Source: Acidobacteria bacterium RIFCSPLOWO2_12_FULL_54_10
GTDB lineage: Bacteria; Acidobacteriota; Terriglobia; 2-12-FULL-54-10
Direction: 5' to 3'
NCBI GenBank assembly: GCA_001767075.1
Contig: MEKX01000173.1
Coordinates: forward strand, 2,845 to 66,844
Length of the DNA stretch: 64,000 nt
Shown in pieces: positions 27,829 to 36,885 of this stretch; position 1 is the stretch's first letter; every line of letters starts with the position of its first letter. Both the position numbers and the translations under genes were made by a program. The notes beneath the pieces were generated by a model. That model saw only the letters and a list, made by a program, of their open reading frames with translations. It ran no database searches and was not told the origin of the DNA.

Positions 27829-28788
27829 ATGTCTCGCAGTAAGCCCCTATCTAAACCCTGTTTGCTACTTGGGCTGGTTTTAGTTTTTATATCTATACCT
27901 TCACATCTTTCACATGCACAGGCTCCAGCTTCCGGTGGGGATAAGATCGTATTCTCTGTTGGAAATCGAAAAATGACAGCAGCAGAGTTCGATAAGATGA
28001 TTTCTACGCTTCCGCCACAATACGCTTCTGCGGTTAACACTTTGGGGAAAAAGGGATTTGCTGAACAGTACGCTAACATCTTAGGCCTGGCCATGGAAGG
28101 TGAGAAGAGAAAGCTCGATCAGCGCGAAGATTTCCTGCAAGCCATTGCTTTTCAAAGGATTTTCTATTTAGCGCAGACAACGTTAAACGAACTATCCACC
28201 TCGGCTCCACCGGTCCCTCCAGAAGAGATCAAGAATTATTACGACTCTCACTCCGCTGAATTTGAAGAAGCCAAGGTGCGTGGCATCTATGTGACTTTCG
28301 ATCCAGGACCCGAGGCTGGTCAACCGGGTCAAAATGTTAAACAGCAATCCGAAGTGAAACGAACGGAGCAGGAAGCGAAAACTCGTGCAGAGGATTTGCG
28401 TCAAAAACTTCTAGCTGGGGAAGATATTTCGGCTATGGCTAAAACAGAATCTGACCATGCCACTTCGTCCAACGGCGGTGATTTTGGCTACGTCCGGCGC
28501 AGCCAAATGCCGCCTGAAATGGGCAGCGTGATCTTTGCCCTGGAACGCAATCTTATTAGCGAGCCTCTACGCGACCGCTTTGGATTCTTTCTATTCAAAG
28601 TGGAGGAAAAGCGTTTTCAATCACTAGATTCCGTTCGGGCTACCATCGAAGCTAATCTGCGACAGCAAGTGGCAACTGCACTGGTGGAAAAGGTCAAAAC
28701 TGATTACCCAATAATGCTGGACAATGATTTCTTTTCCGATCCAACACTAGGGACTCCTGTCCCTTCACCGCCGCAACCACCCAAATAA
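27829..28788 (+). CDS. secreted parvulin-type peptidyl-prolyl cis-trans isomerase (SurA/PpiC-like)
   Basis: AAGGAG 7 nt before ATG 27829, then a signal peptide. Parvulin core KTESDHATSSNGGDFGYVRRSQMPPEMGSVIFAL...GFFLFKVEEKR. Confidence 0.8.
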   Translation: MSRSKPLSKPCLLLGLVLVFISIPSHLSHAQAPASGGDKIVFSVGNRKMTAAEFDKMISTLPPQYASAVNTLGKKGFAEQYANILGLAMEGEKRKLDQREDFLQAIAFQRIFYLAQTTLNELSTSAPPVPPEEIKNYYDSHSAEFEEAKVRGIYVTFDPGPEAGQPGQNVKQQSEVKRTEQEAKTRAEDLRQKLLAGEDISAMAKTESDHATSSNGGDFGYVRRSQMPPEMGSVIFALERNLISEPLRDRFGFFLFKVEEKRFQSLDSVRATIEANLRQQVATALVEKVKTDYPIMLDNDFFSDPTLGTPVPSPPQPPK

Positions 28789-29111
28789 ATTTCCTGCCAG
28801 ATTTGAAACGGAGCCATTCATTTCAACTGGACGAATAAGTTTGGAAATAGTTTTTGAATTAACTAAAAAAGGTCTCCAAATTGCCTTTGAACGCCATTTC
28901 CAAGTTTCTGTGGAAAAGCGTGTGGAAATCGAGCTTTGAAATCAACTTAACTAACATTAAATCAATCGCATACTGCGGAATGCACCAAGGTACAGCATAG
29001 CCCGGAAGCGATTGAATTTACTATAAAAACTGTAAATTCTTACTATCGAAAAATAGGCAATCATTAATACACCATTGCTAAAAGGTGACGACTGTTACGA
29101 AACCGCAATTT

Positions 29112-29519
29112 TTACTTTGCAGACGGGGAAGGATAGGAACTAAATTGCTTCTGCGGAGGTTGTAGGTAAATCGTCAACGGCTTCTCAGATTTTTCCAGTA
29201 GATGGTCATTGCCGTAAGTTTGATAACCTTTGGCGATCACCTGGATTTTCACTGCTCCGGCAGGAATATCATTTAGAACTAGCTTGCCATCGCGATTCGT
29301 CTTTGCTTCCCAGGAAACTCTTTTGTCTTTCAACAATTTCCTGTCGACGAACTTAACCACAACGTGAGCGTTTGGAACAGGTTTGTTTTTATCAACCTCA
29401 AGCACCTGCAAGGTTAACTGGAGGATGTCCTCCTCGGCTGCCGACATCATGGTAGCAAAGCCAATCAGCAACACTGCTGTGAGGCAAATTCCATTCCGAA
29501 TGGAGCATCTCACGATCAT
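29112..29519 (-). CDS. secreted carboxypeptidase-regulatory-like (Ig-like fold) domain protein
   Basis: N-terminal TM/signal ICLTAVLLIGFATMMSA. PVPNAHVVVKF...TNRDGKLVLNDIPAGAVKIQVIAKGYQTY fits the CarboxypepD_reg pattern. Start uncertain (29519 or 29585). Confidence 0.55.
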   Translation of the reverse strand: MIVRCSIRNGICLTAVLLIGFATMMSAAEEDILQLTLQVLEVDKNKPVPNAHVVVKFVDRKLLKDKRVSWEAKTNRDGKLVLNDIPAGAVKIQVIAKGYQTYGNDHLLEKSEKPLTIYLQPPQKQFSSYPSPSAK

Positions 29520-29610
29520 TAGATTGATTTTACCATAAGACCGCTGTGAAAATAGACATGACCTATTAATGCTGCGTACAACCACTGCCTTTGCTTAGAG
29601 GAGATTTACT

Positions 29611-30756
29611 ATGGGATTTGCAACGGATGCCATTCATGCAGGACAGGAGCCAGACCCTTCAACAGGGGCGGTGGCTGTTCCAATCTACCAATCTTCTACT
29701 TATGTCCAGGAGGAATTAGGCAAGCATAAAGGCTACGAGTATTCCCGGACAGGAAATCCCACCCGAGCAGCATTAGAGCGAAATATGGCGGTGCTCGAAG
29801 GAGGCAAGGCCGCATTGGCTTTTGCCTCGGGGATGGCTGCCACAAATGCCGTGATGACACTGCTCAAGTCCGGAGACCATGTGGTCTGCTCTGAGGGTGC
29901 GTACGGCGGAACCCCGCGCCTATTTAATTCCATCCTTAAGAATTTTGGCTTGGACTTTACTTATGTGGACACGACTAATCCAGCCAATCTAATAAATGCT
30001 ATTCAACCAAACACCCGCATGGTATTTGTCGAATCACCAACCAATCCATTAATGAAGATCACCGATCTTTCCGCTATCTCCGCCATTACCCGCTCTAGGG
30101 GGCTGAGTCTGGTGGTAGACAACACCTTCCTGTCGCCTTTTTTCCAGAAACCCATTTCGCTGGGCGCAGACATCGTGGTCCACTCCACGACCAAGTATCT
30201 GAACGGACACAGCGACGGCGTGGGCGGCGTTGCGGTTCTCGCCCAGGAAGAGGATGCTGCTAGATTGAAATTTATCCAGAACGCTGCTGGCGCCATCTTA
30301 GGCCCTTTCGATTCCTGGCTGGTGCTGCGGGGCATCAAAACTTTGGCCGTTCGAATGAAGCAGCATGAAACCAATGCCATAGCTATCGCAAAATACTTGG
30401 TGGGACAACCTAAAGTAAAAAAAGTAAATTACCCTGGATTGGAGGATCATCCTCAGCACGCCTTGGCGAGCAGGCAAATGACAGGCTTCGGCGGCATGAT
30501 GTCATTTGATACTGGGTCACTGGAAAATGCCCGCCGATTTTTAAACCGCGTGAAACTCTGTTCTCTAGGCGAAAGCCTGGGAGGCGTGGAAACGCTCATC
30601 TGCCACCCGGCTACCATGACCCATGCCTATTTTTCTGAAGAAGAGCGCCAGCGCCTTGGGATTAGTCAAGGGTTAGTGCGCCTCTCGGTTGGCATAGAAG
30701 ACGCTGATGACATCGTAACCGATTTGGAAATGGGCTTGAGTGCGATCCCTGGTTGA
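29611..30756 (+). CDS. Cys/Met-metabolism PLP-dependent enzyme (cystathionine gamma-synthase / beta-lyase family)
   Basis: 381 aa. GFATDAIHAGQEPDPSTGAV, YSRTGNPT, PLP-lysine motif HSTTKYLNGHSD, and C-terminal RLSVGIED. Confidence 0.9.
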   Translation: MGFATDAIHAGQEPDPSTGAVAVPIYQSSTYVQEELGKHKGYEYSRTGNPTRAALERNMAVLEGGKAALAFASGMAATNAVMTLLKSGDHVVCSEGAYGGTPRLFNSILKNFGLDFTYVDTTNPANLINAIQPNTRMVFVESPTNPLMKITDLSAISAITRSRGLSLVVDNTFLSPFFQKPISLGADIVVHSTTKYLNGHSDGVGGVAVLAQEEDAARLKFIQNAAGAILGPFDSWLVLRGIKTLAVRMKQHETNAIAIAKYLVGQPKVKKVNYPGLEDHPQHALASRQMTGFGGMMSFDTGSLENARRFLNRVKLCSLGESLGGVETLICHPATMTHAYFSEEERQRLGISQGLVRLSVGIEDADDIVTDLEMGLSAIPG

Positions 30757-30804
30757 TGAGGAGCTTGACTGCCGCTCAACTCTAATCGATTCAATGTATT
30801 AGCG

Positions 30805-31341
30805 ATGCTATCCACTGAAATCTCGCGCTACCTCTACACCCACAACGTGATGACCATCGCGTCATGCTATCGGGGCGTTCCTTGGGCGTCTGCGGTTTTT
30901 TATGCGAGCGATGGCTTCGATCTCTATTTTTTATCGAGTTTCAAGTCCCGTCACGGCCAGTACATTGCCCTAAACCCGCGCGTCAGCGCGGCCATCCAGG
31001 AAGACTACCGAGATTGGCGTGAGATTCGTGGCATCCAGCTTGAAGGCCGAGCTGAGCGGATGCGTTCGGCTAAACAAAAAACTCAATTCTGGGAAATCTA
31101 TCTCGGGAAATTTCCGTTTGTAAAAAAGTTTTTTGAACCCGGTCCACTTCAGGCAAAGCTTAGCTCAAAACTCCGCGGCATCGGTCTTTACAGAATTGTC
31201 CCTGCTGCAATCTGGTATCTCGACAATCGAAAGGGCTTTGGCCACAGGGAAAAGTTCGATATTGTGGAGCCGCAAGCTAAAGTTGCGAAGCGCTCACGGA
31301 TTCGGCAATCCAATGCAAGTAATTGGCGGCCCCGTCAATGA
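30805..31341 (+). CDS. pyridoxamine 5'-phosphate oxidase-like FMN-binding split-barrel protein
   Basis: NVMTIASCYRGVPWASAVFYASDGFDLYFLSSFKSRHGQYIALNPRVSAAIQED...IRGIQLEGRAE is a typical PNPOx-like pattern. The 3' end overlaps cutA convergently. Confidence 0.65.
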   Translation: MLSTEISRYLYTHNVMTIASCYRGVPWASAVFYASDGFDLYFLSSFKSRHGQYIALNPRVSAAIQEDYRDWREIRGIQLEGRAERMRSAKQKTQFWEIYLGKFPFVKKFFEPGPLQAKLSSKLRGIGLYRIVPAAIWYLDNRKGFGHREKFDIVEPQAKVAKRSRIRQSNASNWRPRQ

Positions 31342-31606
31342 CGGGCAGGGCGATAATCTCCGGCACTGAGTAACTGTGGAGTTTCTCGATCTCTATGCTC
31401 AACGGCTGAAAGAGTTCACGCGTTGATTTCATCAGCATCAGGCACTCTTTCTCGTCCGCGATTTTCCCTTTCCAGCGATAGAGAGAGTAAATCTGCGGAA
31501 GCAGGTTGGCACACGCAATCAACCGTTTCTCTAACAGATGCCGCGCAATTCGCTTGCCTTCTCGCGAGTTTTTGCAAGTTACAAGCACCACAACTTTATC
31601 GGTCAT
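31277..31606 (-). CDS. cutA: divalent-cation tolerance protein CutA
   Basis: 109 aa. VVLVTCKNSREGKRIARHLLEKRLIACANLLPQIYSLYRWKGKIADEKECLMLMKS...HSYSVPEIIALPV is a classic CutA1 sequence. Confidence 0.85.
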   Translation of the reverse strand: MTDKVVVLVTCKNSREGKRIARHLLEKRLIACANLLPQIYSLYRWKGKIADEKECLMLMKSTRELFQPLSIEIEKLHSYSVPEIIALPVIDGAANYLHWIAESVSASQL

Positions 31607-31694
31607 ATAACTTTCCTTTCATAGCACCAGTGCTAATAACAATAGGAAAAATTCCTTCATCATGCTGGCTACGAATTTCTTTACAATGAGAGAT

Positions 31695-33107
31695 ATGAGC
31701 TCACAGATCAAATTCGGAACCTCAGGATGGCGCGGGATCATTGCTGAGGATTTCACTCTGGAAAATGTCCGGCGGGTAATCGATGCCATCGCCCGCTACA
31801 TACTCGCAACGGCCTCCTCTCGCCCAACTCTTATTGTCGGTTATGATACACGTTTCCGCTCGGATAAATTTGCGGGGTTGGCCGCTGAGATGCTTGCCTC
31901 TCAAGGCATCCATTGTTATCTCTCGCAGCAGGCTTCTCCAACACCAGCCATGGCATTTGAGATTCGTCGGTTGAAAACGCAAGGCGGGATCAATTTCACC
32001 GCTTCCCATAACCCTGCCGAGTACAACGGGATTAAATTTTCGATGCCCAATGGCGCCCCGGCTTTGCCTGAGGTGACTCGCCAGATTGAAGCGGAAATTC
32101 AAAATCCATCTCTTGCACGACAAGCTCCCCTAGCACCCCTCGAAAAAGCAGATTTAGCAAAAGCTTACTTAGAAGACTTGGCGCATAAAGTAAACCTGGA
32201 TGTGATTCGCTCGGCTGGTATGCGCCTAGCCTATGATCCTTTTTTTGGAACCGGACAAGGTTACCTTAACCGTCTGCTCGATCAAGCCGGTATCCCTGTA
32301 GTCTGCATTCATAACTGGCGAGATGTCCTGTTCGGGGGCCACCCGCCAGAACCGGCAGACGAATATCTTCACCCTCTACGCCAGGCTATGCGGGAAAATA
32401 ACTGTCAATTAGGCTTAGCCACCGATGGCGATGCGGACCGTTTCGGCATCCTCGATGGTGACGGGAATTTCATCTCGCCGAATCATATACTGGCTCTTTT
32501 GTTGGACTACCTGATCGAATCCCGCCGATGGACCTCGAACGGCGGCTGGCTGGGAGGTGCTGCTAAGAGTATCGCCACAACTCATATGATCGATGCCGTA
32601 GCCAGCTACCACGGTATACCCGTTTATGAGACACCGGTTGGCTTCAAATATATTGGCGAGTTGATTGAACAGGACAAGATTATTCTGGGTGGCGAAGAAA
32701 GCGCCGGACTTAGCATCCGTCATCATGTGCCGGAAAAGGATGGAATCCTCGCCTGCTTGCTTGTGGCTGAAATGGTAGCCAGTCGTCGCGCATCGCTGGG
32801 TGAACAGCTCAGAGAGTTGTTCCGCAAAGTGGGCACGTACTACCCCGGTCGCTTAAATGTGCCATTGACGGAAAATCTGAAAACGCGCTTTGCTGAGCGC
32901 AGCCGCCAGGATTATAGTGAGTTGGAAGGGCGCCACGTTGTGAAAATGGTTCGCACCGATGGGTTAAAGCTGGTTTTTGAAGATGGCTCTTGGGTTCTAT
33001 TTCGCATGTCGGGAACCGAGCCGGTTTGCCGCCTCTATTGTGAGTCCCCAACGCTGGAAGGCCTGGAAGATTTGACCACTGCCGCAAGAAATTATTTATT
33101 TGGCTAA
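31695..33107 (+). CDS. alpha-D-phosphohexomutase (phosphoglucomutase/phosphomannomutase family)
   Basis: IKFGTSGWRG, catalytic-Ser loop TASHNPAEYNGIKF, metal loop ATDGDADR, GGEESAG. ATG 31695 is preferred; 31662 is also possible. Confidence 0.85.
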   Translation: MSSQIKFGTSGWRGIIAEDFTLENVRRVIDAIARYILATASSRPTLIVGYDTRFRSDKFAGLAAEMLASQGIHCYLSQQASPTPAMAFEIRRLKTQGGINFTASHNPAEYNGIKFSMPNGAPALPEVTRQIEAEIQNPSLARQAPLAPLEKADLAKAYLEDLAHKVNLDVIRSAGMRLAYDPFFGTGQGYLNRLLDQAGIPVVCIHNWRDVLFGGHPPEPADEYLHPLRQAMRENNCQLGLATDGDADRFGILDGDGNFISPNHILALLLDYLIESRRWTSNGGWLGGAAKSIATTHMIDAVASYHGIPVYETPVGFKYIGELIEQDKIILGGEESAGLSIRHHVPEKDGILACLLVAEMVASRRASLGEQLRELFRKVGTYYPGRLNVPLTENLKTRFAERSRQDYSELEGRHVVKMVRTDGLKLVFEDGSWVLFRMSGTEPVCRLYCESPTLEGLEDLTTAARNYLFG

Positions 33108-33112
33108 TTAAG

Positions 33113-33472
33113 ATGCTGCAAGCTCATTTCAAGAAACAATTCAATGGCCGCAAAAAGCAGCGATGGATCTTGGTCGGCAGCGCCTTAGCTATTGCCGTTT
33201 TCACAATAATGGAATTGACAGGTGAGAACGGATATCTCACCCGGCGACAGCAAAGAAATCAAATCCATGTCTTAACTGAGGAAATCAATCAGCTACAACA
33301 GGAAAATGACCGCCTGAACCAGCGTATTCAGGATCTTCACACTAATCCTCACACCATTGAAGAGATGGCCCGCGAGCGCCTTCGGCTGGCAAAGCCTGGA
33401 GAGGTTATTGTAGCGCTTCCAAAGGTTGCTCCCTCTTCTGACTCTTCAAACACACCACCATCTAATCGCTGA
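33113..33472 (+). CDS. ftsB: septum formation initiator (FtsB/DivIC family)
   Basis: 119 aa. N-terminal TM, coiled coil (LTEEINQLQQENDRLNQRIQDL) and IEEMARERLRLAKPGEVI, typical of FtsB/DivIC. Confidence 0.75.
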   Translation: MLQAHFKKQFNGRKKQRWILVGSALAIAVFTIMELTGENGYLTRRQQRNQIHVLTEEINQLQQENDRLNQRIQDLHTNPHTIEEMARERLRLAKPGEVIVALPKVAPSSDSSNTPPSNR

Positions 33473-33523
33473 AAGACCTTCAAATGAGTCTGCCTGCAAC
33501 ATCGTTTCTGCTGCCTTGCAGAA

Positions 33524-34444
33524 TTACTTCCCCACTATCTCCGCCAGCCTATTTTCAATAATCATCGATTTTGTGAAATTTTTGAGCTTTAGTTCTTCGG
33601 GTTTGGTCCCTTGAATTGCTTCATTCGGTATCAATCCGATCAATTCGCTGCTGGCAACCGTAATACCCCTCTTAGCTGCTTCATTCTCTGTTTCGCGGAA
33701 GGCTTCCTTTAGTGATGTCTTGCGGAAATCGACGAGATTCATCGACACCTGAGCCTGACCTTCGGCTCCACGCGATCTCATCCGCACACCGATTGCTTTT
33801 AGACTCGGGAGTCCACCTGTTGATGAGCGAATCATCTGGGCTATTTGCTTCGCTATGCGAACATCGGGAGTATTTAGGTTGACATTGAATGCGATCAGGA
33901 ATTCGCGAGCCCCTACTGCGGTCGCACCGGCAGTCGAATGCAATTGAGGTCCTCCTACATCTGGCTGCCTGGCGGGATTATCCAAAACCTCATTCTTTAG
34001 TTCCTCAAGACTGCCGTGGCGGATTTCAGCAAGGTTCCGGTGCTCTGGCCGCAATGCTGCAGCTTCATAAAAGTAAACAGGCACTCCGTAACGATTCCAA
34101 ATCTCCATGCCCGTTTGATGCGCAATACGGATGCACTCCTCCATAGAAACGCCTAGCAGGGGCACAAAGGGAACTACATCCGCAGCTCCTATGCGTGGAT
34201 GCTCCCCTTTGTGTTGGCTCAAGTCGATCAACCTTACAGCCTCGCCCACTGCTCTAAGTGCAGCTTCGCCCACGGAATCTGGGTTGCCCGCAAATGTGAT
34301 AACGGAACGGTTGTGATCAGGATCCATGTGAAGATCGAGTATCCAATTACCTGACACACTCCGAATCGCCGAAATGATTTGTTCCAGCTTCCAGCGGTCT
34401 CTACCTTCGCTAAAATTCGGCACGCATTCCACAAACGATGGCAT
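33524..34444 (-). CDS. glutamate formimidoyltransferase (FtcD N-terminal transferase domain)
   Basis: MPSFVECVPNFSEGRD is the hallmark N-terminus. About 306 aa. The upstream part of the track ORF (to 34480) overlaps a terminator hairpin, so ATG 34444 is preferred. Confidence 0.85.
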   Translation of the reverse strand: MPSFVECVPNFSEGRDRWKLEQIISAIRSVSGNWILDLHMDPDHNRSVITFAGNPDSVGEAALRAVGEAVRLIDLSQHKGEHPRIGAADVVPFVPLLGVSMEECIRIAHQTGMEIWNRYGVPVYFYEAAALRPEHRNLAEIRHGSLEELKNEVLDNPARQPDVGGPQLHSTAGATAVGAREFLIAFNVNLNTPDVRIAKQIAQMIRSSTGGLPSLKAIGVRMRSRGAEGQAQVSMNLVDFRKTSLKEAFRETENEAAKRGITVASSELIGLIPNEAIQGTKPEELKLKNFTKSMIIENRLAEIVGK

Positions 34445-34465
34445 AAGAGTAATCCAACTAATAAT

Positions 34466-34505
34466 AATAAAAACGCCCAACAGCTTATAAAAAAAGTTGT
34501 TGGGC
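34466..34505 (-). terminator. rho-independent terminator after the 34565..34930 gene
   Basis: Minus strand gcccaaca-(15 nt loop)-tgttgggc followed by GTTTTTATTATTATT. Arms at 34475-34482 and 34498-34505. Confidence 0.65.
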
Positions 34506-34564
34506 TAATATTTTCAGACCAATTTTTGGGTCCATGCAAATAAGCTCAGGCACGAAGCTAGTTG

Positions 34565-34930
34565 CTACGCATGGTCATGCTCTTCCATCATAGGCGGCTC
34601 TGGAGCCGAAACAGAGCTGACTTTCATGTTCATGCCATCCACTGTTCCGGTAACCTTGGCCCGATCACCTGCATATTTTGCCAATTCAGCTTCCATTCCT
34701 GCCAACTTATAAACCTTATCACCCACAACCAGGGAATAGCCGCTATTCTTGGCGCAGGACATTGTGCAAGCCTTGGCATCCGCACTGGAGTGCTTCATCC
34801 CGCACATAGAATCCGTGATCGTGCCTTCCAGGGTCTGTTCCGCTGCAAATCCCTGTGCGGTGACCAATAACAAGGCACCCAAAATTAAAAACGCCGATAA
34901 AAATCTCATCGCAAACTTACGAATATCCAT
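34565..34930 (-). CDS. exported Cys/His mini-protein, paralogue 1
   Basis: AAGGAGG 5 nt before ATG 34930, signal peptide ending AQGFA. Core TITDSMCGMKHSSADAKACTMSCAKNSGYSLVVGDKVYKLAGMEAELAKYAGDRAKVTGTVDG. Aligns with 35087..35434. Confidence 0.7.
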   Translation of the reverse strand: MDIRKFAMRFLSAFLILGALLLVTAQGFAAEQTLEGTITDSMCGMKHSSADAKACTMSCAKNSGYSLVVGDKVYKLAGMEAELAKYAGDRAKVTGTVDGMNMKVSSVSAPEPPMMEEHDHA

Positions 34931-35001
34931 CCATGCCTCCTTCAAATCTTCCAGTGATCCGCGGAATCTAGCTCCATTATATGTCGAATGTGGGAAAATT
35001 G

Positions 35002-35042
35002 AAAAAACCCTGAGCAGAAGGGATGACCATTCCAGCTCAGGG
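35002..35042 (-). terminator. rho-independent terminator after the 35087..35434 gene
   Basis: Minus strand ccctgagc-(19 nt loop)-gctcaggg followed by TTTTTTCAATTTT. Arms at 35008-35015 and 35035-35042. Confidence 0.65.
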
Positions 35043-35086
35043 CATATCCATTCACGTTACCATTTATAAAACGCGAGGCAGCAATT

Positions 35087-35434
35087 TCAACCTGCTTTTA
35101 ATACCGATGTTACTTGTATCTTATTGCCATCCACCGAGCCGGTAACTTTGGCCTTAGCCCCAGCAAATGCTTTTAATTCGTCAGCCTTGCCATCCAGTTC
35201 GTAAACTTTATCTCCCACAATCAGAGCGAATTTGGACCCCATCCCAACACATCCCAACGTACACTCTTTGGCGGTTTTGTCCGCCATTTTATGGCTCACA
35301 CCACATGCGACATCGCCGATTATACCTTCCAGCGTTTTTGTTTCAGCGCTTTGCGATGAGACCCCAGCTACGAATATCGAAATAGCTAATAAGGCCATCC
35401 CGAATAGACCATTTTTTGCTACCAACTTTCTCAT
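35087..35434 (-). CDS. exported Cys/His mini-protein, paralogue 2
   Basis: Signal peptide MRKLVAKNGLFGMALLAISIFVAGVSS. Core IIGDVACGVSHKMADKTAKECTLGCVGMGSKFALIVGDKVYELDGKADELKAFAGAKAKVTGSVDG. Confidence 0.7.
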   Translation of the reverse strand: MRKLVAKNGLFGMALLAISIFVAGVSSQSAETKTLEGIIGDVACGVSHKMADKTAKECTLGCVGMGSKFALIVGDKVYELDGKADELKAFAGAKAKVTGSVDGNKIQVTSVLKAG

Positions 35435-35589
35435 TTTATGCTCCTTTTTGGATTTTCCGTATAGAACGATTCACTGAACGTTCTTCAGAATAAGATGCAA
35501 AATCATTGCTAAGGCTTCAGAAAAAATGCTGTTAGATCCAATATGATTGGTTCCCATCAACTGAAGCCGCTAATTAATATCTAGTACAG

Positions 35590-35814
35590 CTACCTCTGCG
35601 CTATTTGTGCCAGTAATCGCTCGCTAAATCCAACAGGAAGCTCAACGTTATAATTTTCTGCCACTAGTGACAGCGTCTTACGAGTTGTATTCACAAGAAC
35701 AGTACAGTTATGGCAGGACCTCAAATGCTCGTTAATCTGGAAGATCAACTCAGGGTTAACGTCATTATCAATGAAATTGGAAATCTCTTTTAATACTTGA
35801 TCGCAAGTAATCAT
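35590..35814 (-). CDS. soluble zinc-binding anti-sigma factor (ZAS, zf-HC2; RsrA-like, no TM segment)
   Basis: 74 aa. C4-x25-H30-x3-C-x2-C (MITCDQVL...INEHLRSCHNC). Its ATG overlaps the sigma-factor stop (ATGA at 35811-35814). Confidence 0.75.
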   Translation of the reverse strand: MITCDQVLKEISNFIDNDVNPELIFQINEHLRSCHNCTVLVNTTRKTLSLVAENYNVELPVGFSERLLAQIAQR

Positions 35815-36479
35815 AAAGACCTCCCCTTTTCAGCATACTTGCGAAAAATCCGCTCGTGCCACGGCACTTTCAAGTATGGAGTCAAGAACTCTCTCATCAT
35901 CAGCCTGGCTCTGGAACTTCTTGATTTCGCTGCCGCTAACGAGATACCCAGAACTCTTGCAGCTTCCCCATTCGAAAGCAGTTCTACATCGCGTAGCAAT
36001 AATATTTCCCGGTATTTTCTAGAAAGCTTGCCCATAGACTTTTCTAATAATATCTGTAATTCTCTTTGAGAAAGTCTTTCTTCTGGGTTCAACCGCCAAT
36101 CTCGCAAATCCTTTGGACGAAACTCATCGGTATCATCCGAAACTTCATCGATGGATTCGTGGAGCCTAGGCCGGTACTTCCTGAGCCTCATTCGCGCTTC
36201 ATTTAATGTGATCTGGATTAGCCATGTGCTAAACTGCGCCTCTCCGCGAAAACTAGATATTTTCTCCAAGGCCTTCATAAAACTTTCCTGCGCAATCTCT
36301 TCCGCATCGGCCTCATTCCGCAAAACTCCCCACGCCATTCTGTAGACCTTCTGGCTATGACGTATCGCCAGAACTGCGAATGATTTCTTGTCCCCCTGTT
36401 GTGCTTTCAACACTAACTCGTTATCGGGAAGTTCTTCGAGCTTAAAAACGGCTCCATCAATACGGTCCATGACAGACAT
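35811..36479 (-). CDS. ECF (group IV) RNA polymerase sigma-70 factor
   Basis: 222 aa. Region 2 (EADAEEIAQESFMKALEKISSFRGEAQFSTWLIQITLNEARMRLRK) and region 4 HTH (REILLLRDVELLSNGEAARVLGISLAAAKSRSSRAR). Confidence 0.85.
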   Translation of the reverse strand: MSVMDRIDGAVFKLEELPDNELVLKAQQGDKKSFAVLAIRHSQKVYRMAWGVLRNEADAEEIAQESFMKALEKISSFRGEAQFSTWLIQITLNEARMRLRKYRPRLHESIDEVSDDTDEFRPKDLRDWRLNPEERLSQRELQILLEKSMGKLSRKYREILLLRDVELLSNGEAARVLGISLAAAKSRSSRARLMMREFLTPYLKVPWHERIFRKYAEKGRSL

Positions 36480-36684
36480 CTCCCGTTACACGTATTCCAG
36501 ATGAGTACACAACATCGAAGCTTCCAATCCACCGTGCTTAGTTTCTATGATTCAGAAAACTGCTTATGGATTCATTTAATTTCAAGTTCATTTTGCTTGG
36601 ATTGGAGGAAGCCGGTGTCATTGCTATCATCATCTTGTGGTGCTACGATGGAAACGAATCACTGTTACAAGCATAGTTTACATA

Positions 36685-36790
36685 TCAGACTTCGGGCCCT
36701 GTGCAATGAAAACTTGCAAACCCCGCCAGGTCCGGAAGGAAGCAACGGTAGCAGGCGCTTTCGTGTGCCACAGACCATCCCGAAGTCTGA
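36685..36790 (+). ncRNA. ffs: signal recognition particle RNA (small/4.5S type)
   Basis: Terminal helix tcagacttcggg...cccgaagtctga encloses the conserved domain IV sequence ccAGGTCCGGAAGGAAGCAacGGTAGCAG. Sits directly upstream of dnaX, a common synteny. Confidence 0.85.
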
Positions 36791-36885
36791 CCAGTAAGGA
36801 TAATTTCACTGCTTGATTAGCTTGGCAATGTGGTTCCCTGGCCCGGCAAACAGGGTGTTTCCGCAATAACCCAGGAGAAATTTAC

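Noticed and set aside
35435-35589. ECF-type promoter candidates (GGAAC ... and GAAC-N-CGTT-like words) and an 8-bp stem (ggcttcag/ctgaagcc) between the anti-sigma gene and the first Cys/His gene
   Set aside because: Spacing and -10 elements do not match any ECF consensus well enough for a call by eye. It is mentioned only as a place to look with TSS data.
36501-36866. ORFs 36501..36797 (+) and 36678..36866 (-)
   Set aside because: They overlap the SRP RNA (36685-36790) and the dnaX leader. There is no coding signal.
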